Source: Elusimicrobia bacterium RIFOXYA2_FULL_39_19
GTDB lineage: Bacteria; Elusimicrobiota; Endomicrobiia; CG1-02-37-114; XYA2-FULL-39-19
Reading direction: 5' to 3'
Assembly (NCBI GenBank): GCA_001800285.1
Contig: MGVC01000014.1
Location: 1,756 to 65,755, forward strand
Length of the DNA: 64,000 nucleotides
A program made the position numbers and the translations under genes. Each line of letters starts with the position of its first letter. The stretch's first letter is position 1. The notes below the pieces were generated by a model. That model worked only from the letters and a program-made list of their open reading frames with translations, did not search any database and was not told the origin of the DNA. Positions 44,836 to 53,647 of this stretch are shown here, piece by piece.

Positions 44836-45861
44836 CTACTTATTAGGTTCGATAATTACTTTTATTGAATCTTTTGCTTCGGCAGTAAGCTTAAAACCAA
44901 GTCCTATTTCCGCCATGGGCAGTTTATGCGTTATCATTTTATTTAAAGGCATTTTTTTTGAACGTATATATGTGATAGCCGACTGTATGTCATTTGGTGC
45001 GCCACCATAAGAGAACAACATCTTTATCCCATTTCTCCAATGATCGTTAATTGGCAGGGCAACGGGTTCACCTTTTGAATTTGGCGCAAAAAATAAAATT
45101 GTTCCGCCTTTATCAATACACTCAAAAGCCTGAGCAAAAGCTATGGGGGCTCCTGTAGAAACTATTATATAATCCGCTTTTCTACCGTCATTTGCTTTAA
45201 GAACAGCTTCAAGCACGTTATCTTTTGAATTTATAGAAACATCCGCACCCATTTCTTTTGCGGCATTTAAACGGTATTCACTGATATCTGTTGCAATGAT
45301 TTTTCCCATACCTATAACCCTGGCCAGTGCAATATGTAGCAATCCAGCCATGCCGCTGCCAAGCACAAGCAATGTTTTCCCAGGTTTAAAACCTGCTGTT
45401 CTCTGGCCGCGGACTATGCAGGCAAGAGGCTCTATAAACACACCGTCATCAAAGCTCATGTCTTCAGGCAGCACTTCAATGCCTCTATCAACATTAATTT
45501 CCGGCACACGCAGATATTCCGCAAAACCACCTGGATAAAAATTTGTTTTCTGAAGTGTTTCACAGGCAGTATGTTCGCCGTTAAGGCAGTAAAGGCAGAT
45601 ATTGCATGGAACATGATGGGAAACAAATACCCTGTCACCAACTTTATATTTTTTTACTTCTGTGCCGGTTTTCACTATCTCGCCGGTTATTTCATGTCCC
45701 AAAACCAGAGGAGCTTTTTTTATTCTGTACCATTCAAGCACGTCGCTGCCACAGATACCGCTGGCAATTACTTTTACCAGCACTTCTTTGGGGCTGATTT
45801 CCGGCACGGGCATTTCCTGCACCCGCACATCGCTGTTGTTGTACCACATGGCAACGCGCAT
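44836..45861 (-). CDS. Zn-dependent (MDR) polyol-type dehydrogenase
   Basis: 'GICGSD', 'LGHE', C-x2-C-x2-C-x7-C structural Zn site, 'EPLAC', 'LGSGMAG'. Confidence 0.9.
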   Translation of the reverse strand: MRVAMWYNNSDVRVQEMPVPEISPKEVLVKVIASGICGSDVLEWYRIKKAPLVLGHEITGEIVKTGTEVKKYKVGDRVFVSHHVPCNICLYCLNGEHTACETLQKTNFYPGGFAEYLRVPEINVDRGIEVLPEDMSFDDGVFIEPLACIVRGQRTAGFKPGKTLLVLGSGMAGLLHIALARVIGMGKIIATDISEYRLNAAKEMGADVSINSKDNVLEAVLKANDGRKADYIIVSTGAPIAFAQAFECIDKGGTILFFAPNSKGEPVALPINDHWRNGIKMLFSYGGAPNDIQSAITYIRSKKMPLNKMITHKLPMAEIGLGFKLTAEAKDSIKVIIEPNK

Positions 45862-45882
45862 TTTTTTACCTTGTACTAAAAA

Positions 45883-46665
45883 CTATTTTTTCTTCAGAGA
45901 ATTAAAAAGGTTAAACGCTTCTTCAACCGATGCTTTTTTATGTACCACAGCCCTGACAGCCTGAATCATGGCCACAGGATAATCTGACTGGAATATATTT
46001 CTTCCCATATCTACGCCGACAGCGCCGTTTGATATGGCATTATGCGCAAGTTTAAGGGCTTCTTTTTCTTCAAGTTTTTTGCCGCCGGCAATAACTACAG
46101 GCACAGGGCAGGTTTCTACTACTTTTTCAAATTCATCGCAGTAGTAGGTTTTTACAATGTGTGCCCCAAGCTCTGCGCAGATTCTGCAGGCTAAGCTTAA
46201 ATACCTGGCGTCACGCACCATATCTTTGCCTACAGCCGTTACTGCTAAAACTGGAATACCGTATCTTTGGCCGGCATCTACAAGTTTGCCTAAATTTATA
46301 AGAGTTTCTTTTTCGTTTGGAGAACCTACAAATACCTGCAGGGCTACACCGCAGACATTCAGCCGAATGGCATCTTCCATGGCTACTGTAAGGCTTTCGT
46401 TGGAAAGTTCGCTTAAAATACTTGTGCCTCCGGAAACTCTTAAAACTATGGGTACAGGGGTTTCAGGATTTACGCTTGAACGCAACACGCCTCTTGTAAG
46501 CATAAGTGTATCTGCGTACGGCAATAAAGGTTCTATGGTTTTCCCCGGTACTTCAAGGCCGGACGTAGGCCCCAGAAAATAGCCGTGGTCAACGGCAAGC
46601 ATAACTGTTTTACCTGTATCCGGTTTTATTATTCTAGCTAATCTGTTTTTTAATCCCCAATCCAT
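45883..46665 (-). CDS. lsrF: LsrF-like thiolase / DhnA-type class I aldolase
   Basis: '[13 protein letters not shown]', '[17 protein letters not shown]', 'VKTYYC', 'IAGGKK', '[11 protein letters not shown]'. Confidence 0.88.
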   Translation of the reverse strand: MDWGLKNRLARIIKPDTGKTVMLAVDHGYFLGPTSGLEVPGKTIEPLLPYADTLMLTRGVLRSSVNPETPVPIVLRVSGGTSILSELSNESLTVAMEDAIRLNVCGVALQVFVGSPNEKETLINLGKLVDAGQRYGIPVLAVTAVGKDMVRDARYLSLACRICAELGAHIVKTYYCDEFEKVVETCPVPVVIAGGKKLEEKEALKLAHNAISNGAVGVDMGRNIFQSDYPVAMIQAVRAVVHKKASVEEAFNLFNSLKKK

Positions 46666-46712
46666 ACTGAAAATCCTCCGGTTGTAATCGATAGAAATTA
46701 TTTATAATTCCG

Positions 46713-46734
46713 TTGCAAACCCGAAGGTTTGCAA
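46713..46734. terminator. Perfect 9-bp hairpin (cUUCGg tetraloop on the minus strand)
   Basis: ttgcaaacc-cgaa-ggtttgcaa between pduL and lsrF. A U-tract exists only on the + side, so it may be an mRNA-stabilising stem for lsrF rather than a terminator. Confidence 0.45.
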
Positions 46735-46753
46735 TTTTTATAATATTTTTTAT

Positions 46754-47341
46754 TTACAGTATTACTATTTTATCGCCGTTTTTGAGCAAACAGGCATTTG
46801 CTTCATCTGTATCCAGGTGGCATTCTGCTGCAAAATCGCTTTTTACCCTGCATATTACATCACCGAATATTGTTTCTCTACCGGTGCCAATACCTACTTT
46901 AATCTGTACAACTTCAGTATCTTTTATACCAAGTTCCTGCGCATCTGCCGGAGCAAGATGAACGTGTCTTTTTGCTATAACACAACCTTCTTTAAGGTCA
47001 ACTTTTCCTTTTGGACCTATTAGAGTTATCGGTGTTGAGGCTTCAAGTTTACCAGATTCCCGTACCGGCGGGTTTACGCCAAGGAAGAAACTGTCTGTTT
47101 TTGATACTTCTACCTGAGTCTGTTTTCTGGTAGGGCCGATTATCCTTACGTTTTCAATTTTATTTTTTGGGGTGACTATTGTTACTGTTTCTTTGCATGC
47201 ATACTGGCCGGGCTGAACAAGGTCTCTAATATTGGTGAGTTTTGATCCTGCTCCGAAAAGTATTTGCAAATCTTCTTCTGATACGTGGAGATGCCTGTTT
47301 GATATGTTTGCCATTATTGGTTTTTTTGATCTGTCTGTCAT
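46754..47341 (-). CDS. pduL: PduL-type phosphotransacylase
   Basis: 'SNRHLH', 'LVQPGQYA', 'RKQTQVEVSKTD', 'PPVRESG', 'KRHVH', 'HLDTDEANA'. Confidence 0.92.
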   Translation of the reverse strand: MTDRSKKPIMANISNRHLHVSEEDLQILFGAGSKLTNIRDLVQPGQYACKETVTIVTPKNKIENVRIIGPTRKQTQVEVSKTDSFFLGVNPPVRESGKLEASTPITLIGPKGKVDLKEGCVIAKRHVHLAPADAQELGIKDTEVVQIKVGIGTGRETIFGDVICRVKSDFAAECHLDTDEANACLLKNGDKIVIL

Positions 47342-47347
47342 TTTAGT

Positions 47348-48103
47348 TTACCTCTGGAATTTTATAAGTTTAGTATATGAATCTACTTCTAACGCTGCTC
47401 CACCCACTAACCCACCATCAATATCCGGTTGTTTCATGAGTTCTGATACATTATCCGGTTTAACTGACCCGCCATAAAGAATTCTTACTTTTGCGGCAGC
47501 ATCTTTCCCGTACATTTCTGTAAATGTTTTTCTTACAAATTCATGAACTTCCTGTGCCTGTGCCGGACTGGCTGTTTTGCCTGTTCCTATGGCCCATACC
47601 GGTTCATAAGCAATAACTACTTCTGAGCTTTGATTTCCTGTAAGACCTGCAAGGCCTTCTTTCACCTGTTTGCCGACCACATCAAATGTGATGTTTTTTT
47701 CTCTTTCGGCAAGAGTTTCACCTATGCAGACTATCGGAACAAGGCCGTGTTTAAAAGCGGACAGCATTTTCTTATTCACTGTTTCGTTAGTTTCACCGAA
47801 ATACTGCCTTCTTTCAGAATGCCCAATGATAACATATTTGCATCCTGCGTCCAGAAGCATTTTAGGAGAAATCTCACCTGTAAATGCCCCCTTCTCTTCC
47901 CAGTGCATGTTTTGCGCACCTATACAGACATTGGTACCTTTTGCAGCATCTGCAACTGATTTTAATGCTGTAAAAACCGGACAAACTACAATTTCACAAT
48001 CTTTTACATCTGAAACATTACTTTTAACTTTTGAAACAAAATCTACAGATTCGGCAATGGTTTTGTGCATTTTCCAGTTGCCGGCCATAATTGGTTTTCT
48101 CAT
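47348..48103 (-). CDS. tpiA: Triosephosphate isomerase
   Basis: 'AGNWKM', 'GHSERR', 'AYEPVWAIGTG', 'YGGSV', 'LVGGA'; start reassigned to ATG 48103 after an AAAGGAG SD. Confidence 0.96.
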   Translation of the reverse strand: MRKPIMAGNWKMHKTIAESVDFVSKVKSNVSDVKDCEIVVCPVFTALKSVADAAKGTNVCIGAQNMHWEEKGAFTGEISPKMLLDAGCKYVIIGHSERRQYFGETNETVNKKMLSAFKHGLVPIVCIGETLAEREKNITFDVVGKQVKEGLAGLTGNQSSEVVIAYEPVWAIGTGKTASPAQAQEVHEFVRKTFTEMYGKDAAAKVRILYGGSVKPDNVSELMKQPDIDGGLVGGAALEVDSYTKLIKFQR

Positions 48104-48514
48104 TTGAAAACTCTCCTTTCTTATTATTTTTAGCCTAATCATTATAATAAATATAAACATTAAATTCAAACACAGTTCTATTAAATATTTAAAATATTTA
48201 ACAAGTGGTTTTTTAAGAAAAATAGGTGGGTTGACAGTTTGTATAGCCTTTTTTTGTTAAAAAAATTGAAAAATGAAAGATTAAACGTTTGATTGTGTGT
48301 ATTTTGGATGGTTTTGGATCTACATTAAAACTAAGTGGTAGGCAAGTTTACTAGTACTATCTCATATTTAGCGACTTGTTTCTTTTGAGACATGTTTTCA
48401 ATACGGCGAATAGCCGTAATTATCAATAATTTGATTATTGAGGCGGCTTAGTTCCGTCGAATTATATTTTTGATGCAGCGGATAGCTGCGGTTATCAAAA
48501 ATATGTCAATGAGA

Positions 48515-48601
48515 CGGAGAGGGCGAGATTCGAACTCGCGCTCCGGAAAACCGAAGACTGGTTTTCGAGACCAGCGGTTTCAACCGCTCACCCACCTCTC
48601 C
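48515..48601 (-). tRNA. tRNA-Ser(CGA)
   Basis: GGAGAGG/CCTCTCC-G acceptor stem; CTGGT-CTCGAAA-ACCAG anticodon arm; long variable arm; GCGAG-TTCGAAT-CTCGC T arm. Confidence 0.95.
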
Positions 48602-48689
48602 ATTACACTTCTTTTCTTTCCGAGTTGTGTTCGGGAACCGCCCCCGATGCTTCCAAATGACTGCTGATTATCGGGGCTCCTTTCAGTCG

Positions 48690-48703
48690 TCACCCACCTC
48701 TCC
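48690..48703 (-). repeat. Duplicate of the tRNA-Ser 5' end (14 bp)
   Basis: tcacccacctctcc at 48588-48601 and 48690-48703, with hairpins in between. Confidence 0.7.
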
Positions 48704-48790
48704 TTGATTTTGCTCTGCAAAATATAAGCAATCGAAAATAAATCTTAGAGATTCGATTACGGTCTATTTTCTAATTTCAAATATTTAGGG

Positions 48791-49255
48791 TTATCTTTTG
48801 TATCTTTTTACCAAACTATCCCTGCGAACTTCACGTTCTATGTCACGCTCTTTCAACATTTCTCTTTTATCAGGACCTTTTTTTCTGGTAGAAAGCGCTA
48901 TTTCTAGTTTTGCTATGCCATCATTGTTAAAATATAACTCAACCGGTATCAAGGTAAAACCCCGCTGACTGGTTTTTCCCAGTAATTTATTAATTTCCGT
49001 ACGATGCATAAGAAGTTTTCTTTTTCTTTTTGGGTCAAATTTGAAATGCCCTGAATATTCATAGGGAGCAATATGCATATTATATACAAACAATTCGCTT
49101 CTTTCTACCATACAGTAACTGTCCTGCAGATTGGCCCCGCCGTTACGGACAGACTTCACCTCGCTACCGTTAAGGACAAGCCCCGCTTCGTATTTTTCAA
49201 TCATATTATAATCATGAAAAAACTTTCTGTTTGTAACAATAGTTTTTTTATCCAT
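48791..49255 (-). CDS. smpB: SsrA-binding protein
   Basis: 'NRK.FHDY', 'EAGLVL.GSEVKS.R', 'RKRKLLMHR.EI', 'DKRE'. Confidence 0.96.
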   Translation of the reverse strand: MDKKTIVTNRKFFHDYNMIEKYEAGLVLNGSEVKSVRNGGANLQDSYCMVERSELFVYNMHIAPYEYSGHFKFDPKRKRKLLMHRTEINKLLGKTSQRGFTLIPVELYFNNDGIAKLEIALSTRKKGPDKREMLKERDIEREVRRDSLVKRYKR

Positions 49256-49271
49256 AGATTGATGCTTTCAA

Positions 49272-49300
49272 TTGACTTTCCGTGTTAATTTTTATAAGAT
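49272..49300 (+). promoter_or_regulatory. Sigma70-type promoter for tRNA-Leu
   Basis: TTGACT-17 bp-TAAGAT. Confidence 0.6.
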
Positions 49301-49341
49301 TTGTATTCTAATTTTGTTTATCTCACCAACAACTGCTTTAT

Positions 49342-49424
49342 GGGCGCGTGGCGGAATGGCAGACGCGTTAGGTTCAGGACCTAATAATCTCACGATTGTG
49401 GAGGTTCAACTCCTCTCGCGCCCA
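49342..49424 (+). tRNA. tRNA-Leu(CAG)
   Basis: GGGCGCG/CGCGCCC-A acceptor stem; TTAGG-TTCAGGA-CCTAA anticodon arm; GGAGG-TTCAACT-CCTCT T arm. Confidence 0.95.
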
Positions 49425-49494
49425 GTTTCTTACCTGATATTATAGCAAAAACCCAAACCGATAAGAATAATTCTCTAATTTTTCGTAGGATGTC

Positions 49495-49848
49495 TCATTT
49501 GGAAAGCTGGTACAGCAGGTTTTTCATGTAGTCAAAATTGAATGGTTTTAATAGGCAATCTGTAGCACCATACCTGAAAGCCTCTATTACTTTTTCTGCT
49601 TCTTTATAACCTGTTATCATTATTACCGGCAGATTTTTATTAATTTGCTTTATTTCCTTTAAAACATCAATACCATCTTTGTCCGGAAGCCTTATATCAA
49701 GAAATACTATATTTGGTTCAAAAACCACAACCTGTTTTAGGCCTTCTGTAGCATTAGTTATCTGAACACTTTCATATCCGAGGCTCTTAAAAAACACATT
49801 TAGCATTTCCTGAACTTCCAAATCATCGTCAATTATAAGTATTTTCAT
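49495..49848 (-). CDS. Stand-alone response regulator receiver
   Basis: 'ILIIDDD', 'FLDIRLP..DG', 'IMITG', 'LLKPF'. Confidence 0.9.
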   Translation of the reverse strand: MKILIIDDDLEVQEMLNVFFKSLGYESVQITNATEGLKQVVVFEPNIVFLDIRLPDKDGIDVLKEIKQINKNLPVIMITGYKEAEKVIEAFRYGATDCLLKPFNFDYMKNLLYQLSK

Positions 49849-49915
49849 TAAAAACACTCCTTGCTTAAAGCTGTTTTCTGAATAATCTTAACATTTTAAT
49901 GGTTAAAATTCAAGG

Positions 49916-50830
49916 TTAACGGAAATTAAATATTTTCTTCCACAAAGGCTTGCTTATTTCGTTCATTACTGTTACTTTTGTATTAGGTTTTAGTTTCACA
50001 ATACCGGCAATTCCAGAAGAGATACAAAGCCTGACATATATTTCCTTATTTTTATACTCAGTTTTTTCTATTTTTACTGGTATGTATTCAGAATCCTTAT
50101 CCGTAATCAGCCTTGCGAGGTATTTTGCTATCTCCCGGTCATCCGTTATCTGGGCCATAACCACTTCATCTTCAAGCAGGTGTTTTGCTTTTTTACCGTC
50201 TTCGTTTTCCTGTAAAGTTGACTCTATGAATAAGCGCCTCGGTTCTTTTTCCGAAGATATTTTTCGAATTTCACTTTTTGATTCCACTTCCTGTTTGTCA
50301 TCCACCTGCTGATACTGGGCCAAGTTTATTTCTTCAATACTTATTTCAAGGCTGATATTTTTAATTGTTAAATCTGATGTTAAAATGTCGCATATTTTAT
50401 TTTTATCTAAATCGGTCAAGGCCTTGTAAAACTTATCTTTTTTTTCAGCAAATCCGTTAACAAGACGCAACTCTGTTTCTCTTGTTAACCCCGGCACGCT
50501 GCCTTCCATCAAGCGAAAATTAAATATATTTTTTTCAAATAAGTTCCAGTCACTGTTTAAATCTACTTCATAAATTATTGGATTGTAGGACACTACACCG
50601 GTTAATCTAATTAGTATTTCAGCACGTTTATCAAGAATAGCTACAAATAACCCATAAATATTATCATCAGGGGAAAAGAACCTTCCTTTTATGACAACTA
50701 TATTTCTTAAAATTCCTTTTATTATATGAATTGCTTTTTCAAAATCGTCATTAGCCAATTCAAGAGCCAGTTGGGCTTCACCTTGAGCACAACCTGTTTC
50801 TTCCATCAATAAAATAAGTTTTTCTTCCAT
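49916..50830 (-). CDS. Hypothetical protein with N-terminal UBA-like (EF-Ts/NAC-type) helical motif
   Basis: 'LMEETGC.Q.EA.LALELANDDFEKAI'. Confidence 0.65.
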   Translation of the reverse strand: MEEKLILLMEETGCAQGEAQLALELANDDFEKAIHIIKGILRNIVVIKGRFFSPDDNIYGLFVAILDKRAEILIRLTGVVSYNPIIYEVDLNSDWNLFEKNIFNFRLMEGSVPGLTRETELRLVNGFAEKKDKFYKALTDLDKNKICDILTSDLTIKNISLEISIEEINLAQYQQVDDKQEVESKSEIRKISSEKEPRRLFIESTLQENEDGKKAKHLLEDEVVMAQITDDREIAKYLARLITDKDSEYIPVKIEKTEYKNKEIYVRLCISSGIAGIVKLKPNTKVTVMNEISKPLWKKIFNFR

Positions 50831-50859
50831 AGCTTTGTATTTAGAGTAAATGGCCTTTA

Positions 50860-51756
50860 TTAAGTGCGCGGATGCGCTTTTTCATATACTTTTTTTAGTC
50901 TTTCTGTTGTTACGTGAGTATAAATTTGAGTTGTTGCCAGATTTTTGTGGCCCAGCATTTCCTGTACGCTTCTTAAGTCACAACCTGCATCAAGCATGTG
51001 CGTTGCAAAAGTATGGCGTATTACATGAGGTGAAATGTGTTTATTTAGTGATACTTTTTGAACCCATTTATCCAGTATTTTTCTTACAAATCTATCTGAA
51101 ATGCGTGTTCCTTTATAATTCAAAAATAGTGCGTTTTCTTGTTTGCCTGGAACCATTTTCTTTCTTCCATCAATATATTTATACAAAACTTTCAACGCAG
51201 TATCTCCTACCGGCACAATCCTTTCCTTATTTCCTTTGCCAATAACTCTTACTGTATTGCTAAAAAAATCTATACTATCAAAATTCAATGATACCAACTC
51301 ACTAATTCTTAATCCGCAGGAATACAACAATTCCAGCATTGACTGGTCCCTAAGACCAAATTCAGAAGAGTTTTTTTCTAAATCAAGTAATTTCCCCATT
51401 TCTTCTTTGCTAAGAAACATAGGGAGTGTTTTTTTTACTTTGGGCGAGGTGACATATTTTGAAATATTCTTTAGAGTTATTCCTTCTTGAATGAGGAATT
51501 TCGAAAATGATTTTATAGAATATATTTTTCTTGATACTGTTGTAGAATGCAGGTTTTTATCAGCTAAATAAGCAAGATAAGCTCGTATGATTAATCTGGC
51601 ATTTTTCTCCAGATTAGCATCGGTTCCGAATTTATTTGTTATAAACAACGAAAACTCAACCAGGTCGTGCTGATAGGCATGTATTGTATGAAGGGAAAAA
51701 CTTCTTTGCCTTAAAGCTAATATAAATTTTTTTATCAGGATGCTTAAATCATCCAT
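50860..51756 (-). CDS. xerC: Tyrosine recombinase XerC
   Basis: 'RDQSMLELLYSCGLRISEL', 'GKGNKERIVP', 'SPHVIRHTFATH', 'VQEMLGH..L.TTQIYTHV'; dprA-topA-xerC synteny; start reassigned to ATG 51756. Confidence 0.88.
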   Translation of the reverse strand: MDDLSILIKKFILALRQRSFSLHTIHAYQHDLVEFSLFITNKFGTDANLEKNARLIIRAYLAYLADKNLHSTTVSRKIYSIKSFSKFLIQEGITLKNISKYVTSPKVKKTLPMFLSKEEMGKLLDLEKNSSEFGLRDQSMLELLYSCGLRISELVSLNFDSIDFFSNTVRVIGKGNKERIVPVGDTALKVLYKYIDGRKKMVPGKQENALFLNYKGTRISDRFVRKILDKWVQKVSLNKHISPHVIRHTFATHMLDAGCDLRSVQEMLGHKNLATTQIYTHVTTERLKKVYEKAHPRT

Positions 51757-53647
51757 TGTATTGCTGTTTTCCTTTACACCTTGGAAAGTTTGAACATGAA
51801 TAGAATTTACCGAATCTGCTGGTTCGCAAATACATATTCGCACTGCATAAAGGGCATTTTATCTCTGTTAATATAGGTTTTTGTTTTTCTTCGATCTTGC
51901 TTTCAGCATGATCCATCTTTGCGTTAAACGGGGTATAAAATTCACTTACTACTTTTTCCCATTCCATTTTTCCATCAGCTATTTCATCAAGTTTTTCTTC
52001 GACGCTTGCGGTAAAATTAATATCCACAATTTCACTGAAATAGGACTTCAGTAAATCATTAACAGATATACCTATCTCCGACGGATAGAATTTTCTACTT
52101 TGAATAAACACATATTTTCTATTAAGAATATTAGATATTGTTGGCGCATAAGTTGAAGGTCGGCCTATGCCGTGTTTTTCAAGAGTTTTAATCAAGCTTG
52201 CTTCATTGTATCTTGGTGGAGGTTCTGTCTGATGCTGGCTATAAAGTACTTCGAGAAGTTTTAATATTTCATTAACTTCCATCTCAGGAATTATTTTTTC
52301 CTGAGGTGTATCTTCTCCGGAATCTTCTTCCTCTATTTCGTTCATTACTTTCAAGAATCCGGGAAAAATCAGAGTTCTGCCGGCCGCGCTGAACAAGTAT
52401 TCCCCTGCCGTAATTTGCACGTTTACACCGTCATATCTGGCTTCAGACATTTGGCTGGCAACAAATCTCTGCCAAATCATTTTATATAACTTCATCTGAT
52501 CTGGGTTTAAGTATTTACTAATTGTTTCCGGGTCCCGAAACACACTGGTAGGCCTTATTGCTTCATGCGCTTCCTGAGCTCCTTTTGATTTTGTTTTGTA
52601 GATGCGTGGTTTTTCGGGAAGATATTCTTTTCCTATTTTTTCTGTTATGTATTTTGTTGCTTCCACCTGAGCCTCTTTTGCTACGTTTACCGAATCAGTT
52701 CTCATGTAAGTTATTAAACCCACAGTACCTTCCGGAAGGTCAATACCTTCATACAAAGACTGGGCTATACTCATAACCCTGAATGAAGATAAACTTAGTT
52801 TTCTGACAGCATCTTGCTGAAGTGTAGATGTGGTATAAGGTGCCGATGGGTTTCTGTTTATTTTCTTTTTCGTTATTTCTTTTACCTGATACTGGGCTTT
52901 CTGAAGTTCCTGAATTATTGAATCACAGTTTTCTTTTGTTTTTATTGTTGAGCTTCCTGCAGTATATTTTTCGGCAAAAAACTCATGCACGGTCTGTTCC
53001 TGGAATTTAACATTGTTTTTTGAAATAAGGTCTGCAGAAAACTCAATGTTATCTTTAGAAAGCATAGCACTTATTTTATAGTATTCGCTGGATTTGAAGT
53101 TTTTTATTTCAAACTCTCTTTCTACAATAAGCCGTACCGCAACCGACTGAACTCTTCCTGCAGAAAGACCTGATGCAACTTTTCTCCATAATAGAGGGGA
53201 AAGTTTGTAACCCACAAGACGGTCCAGTATTCTGCGGGCCTGCTGAGAATCTACAAGCGTTAAATCAAGTTTTCTCGGCTTTTTTACTGCTTCCCTGATT
53301 GCTTCCTTTGTAATTTCATGAAAGGTTATTCTTTTCGCTTTCTTTTCATCTATTTTCAGTATTTGCGATAAATGCCATGCAATAGCTTCACCTTCCCGGT
53401 CAAAGTCAGTTGCAAGATATACATTATCCGCTTTTGAAACAAGCTGGGTTAATCCGGCGACAATTTTTTTTGCTCTGGATATTACCAGATAGGTAGGTTT
53501 AAAACCCTTTTCAACATCAACACCAAGAGATGTTTTCGGCAAATCCCTAACGTGTCCATAAGAACTTTTTACAATAAATTCTTTTTTGTCTAAAAATTTT
53601 GAAATGGTCTTTTCTTTTGTTGGTGACTCAACGATAACTAAGTTCAT
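51749..53647 (-). CDS. topA: DNA topoisomerase I
   Basis: 'LVIVESP', 'ATDFDREGE', 'SAGRVQS', 'LITYMRTDS', 'GIGRPSTY', one C4 Zn ribbon. Confidence 0.97.
   Translation of the reverse strand: MNLVIVESPTKEKTISKFLDKKEFIVKSSYGHVRDLPKTSLGVDVEKGFKPTYLVISRAKKIVAGLTQLVSKADNVYLATDFDREGEAIAWHLSQILKIDEKKAKRITFHEITKEAIREAVKKPRKLDLTLVDSQQARRILDRLVGYKLSPLLWRKVASGLSAGRVQSVAVRLIVEREFEIKNFKSSEYYKISAMLSKDNIEFSADLISKNNVKFQEQTVHEFFAEKYTAGSSTIKTKENCDSIIQELQKAQYQVKEITKKKINRNPSAPYTTSTLQQDAVRKLSLSSFRVMSIAQSLYEGIDLPEGTVGLITYMRTDSVNVAKEAQVEATKYITEKIGKEYLPEKPRIYKTKSKGAQEAHEAIRPTSVFRDPETISKYLNPDQMKLYKMIWQRFVASQMSEARYDGVNVQITAGEYLFSAAGRTLIFPGFLKVMNEIEEEDSGEDTPQEKIIPEMEVNEILKLLEVLYSQHQTEPPPRYNEASLIKTLEKHGIGRPSTYAPTISNILNRKYVFIQSRKFYPSEIGISVNDLLKSYFSEIVDINFTASVEEKLDEIADGKMEWEKVVSEFYTPFNAKMDHAESKIEEKQKPILTEIKCPLCSANMYLRTSRFGKFYSCSNFPRCKGKQQYNG

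Noticed and set aside
45883-46665. AI-2 quorum-sensing lsr operon
   Set aside because: No lsrK, lsrG, lsrR or lsrABCD in the window.
46754-47341. Bacterial microcompartment locus
   Set aside because: No shell proteins are present and this PduL has no evident N-terminal encapsulation extension.
50860-51756. Mobile-element integrase
   Set aside because: It sits in the housekeeping dprA-topA-xerC context and has XerC-type motifs.
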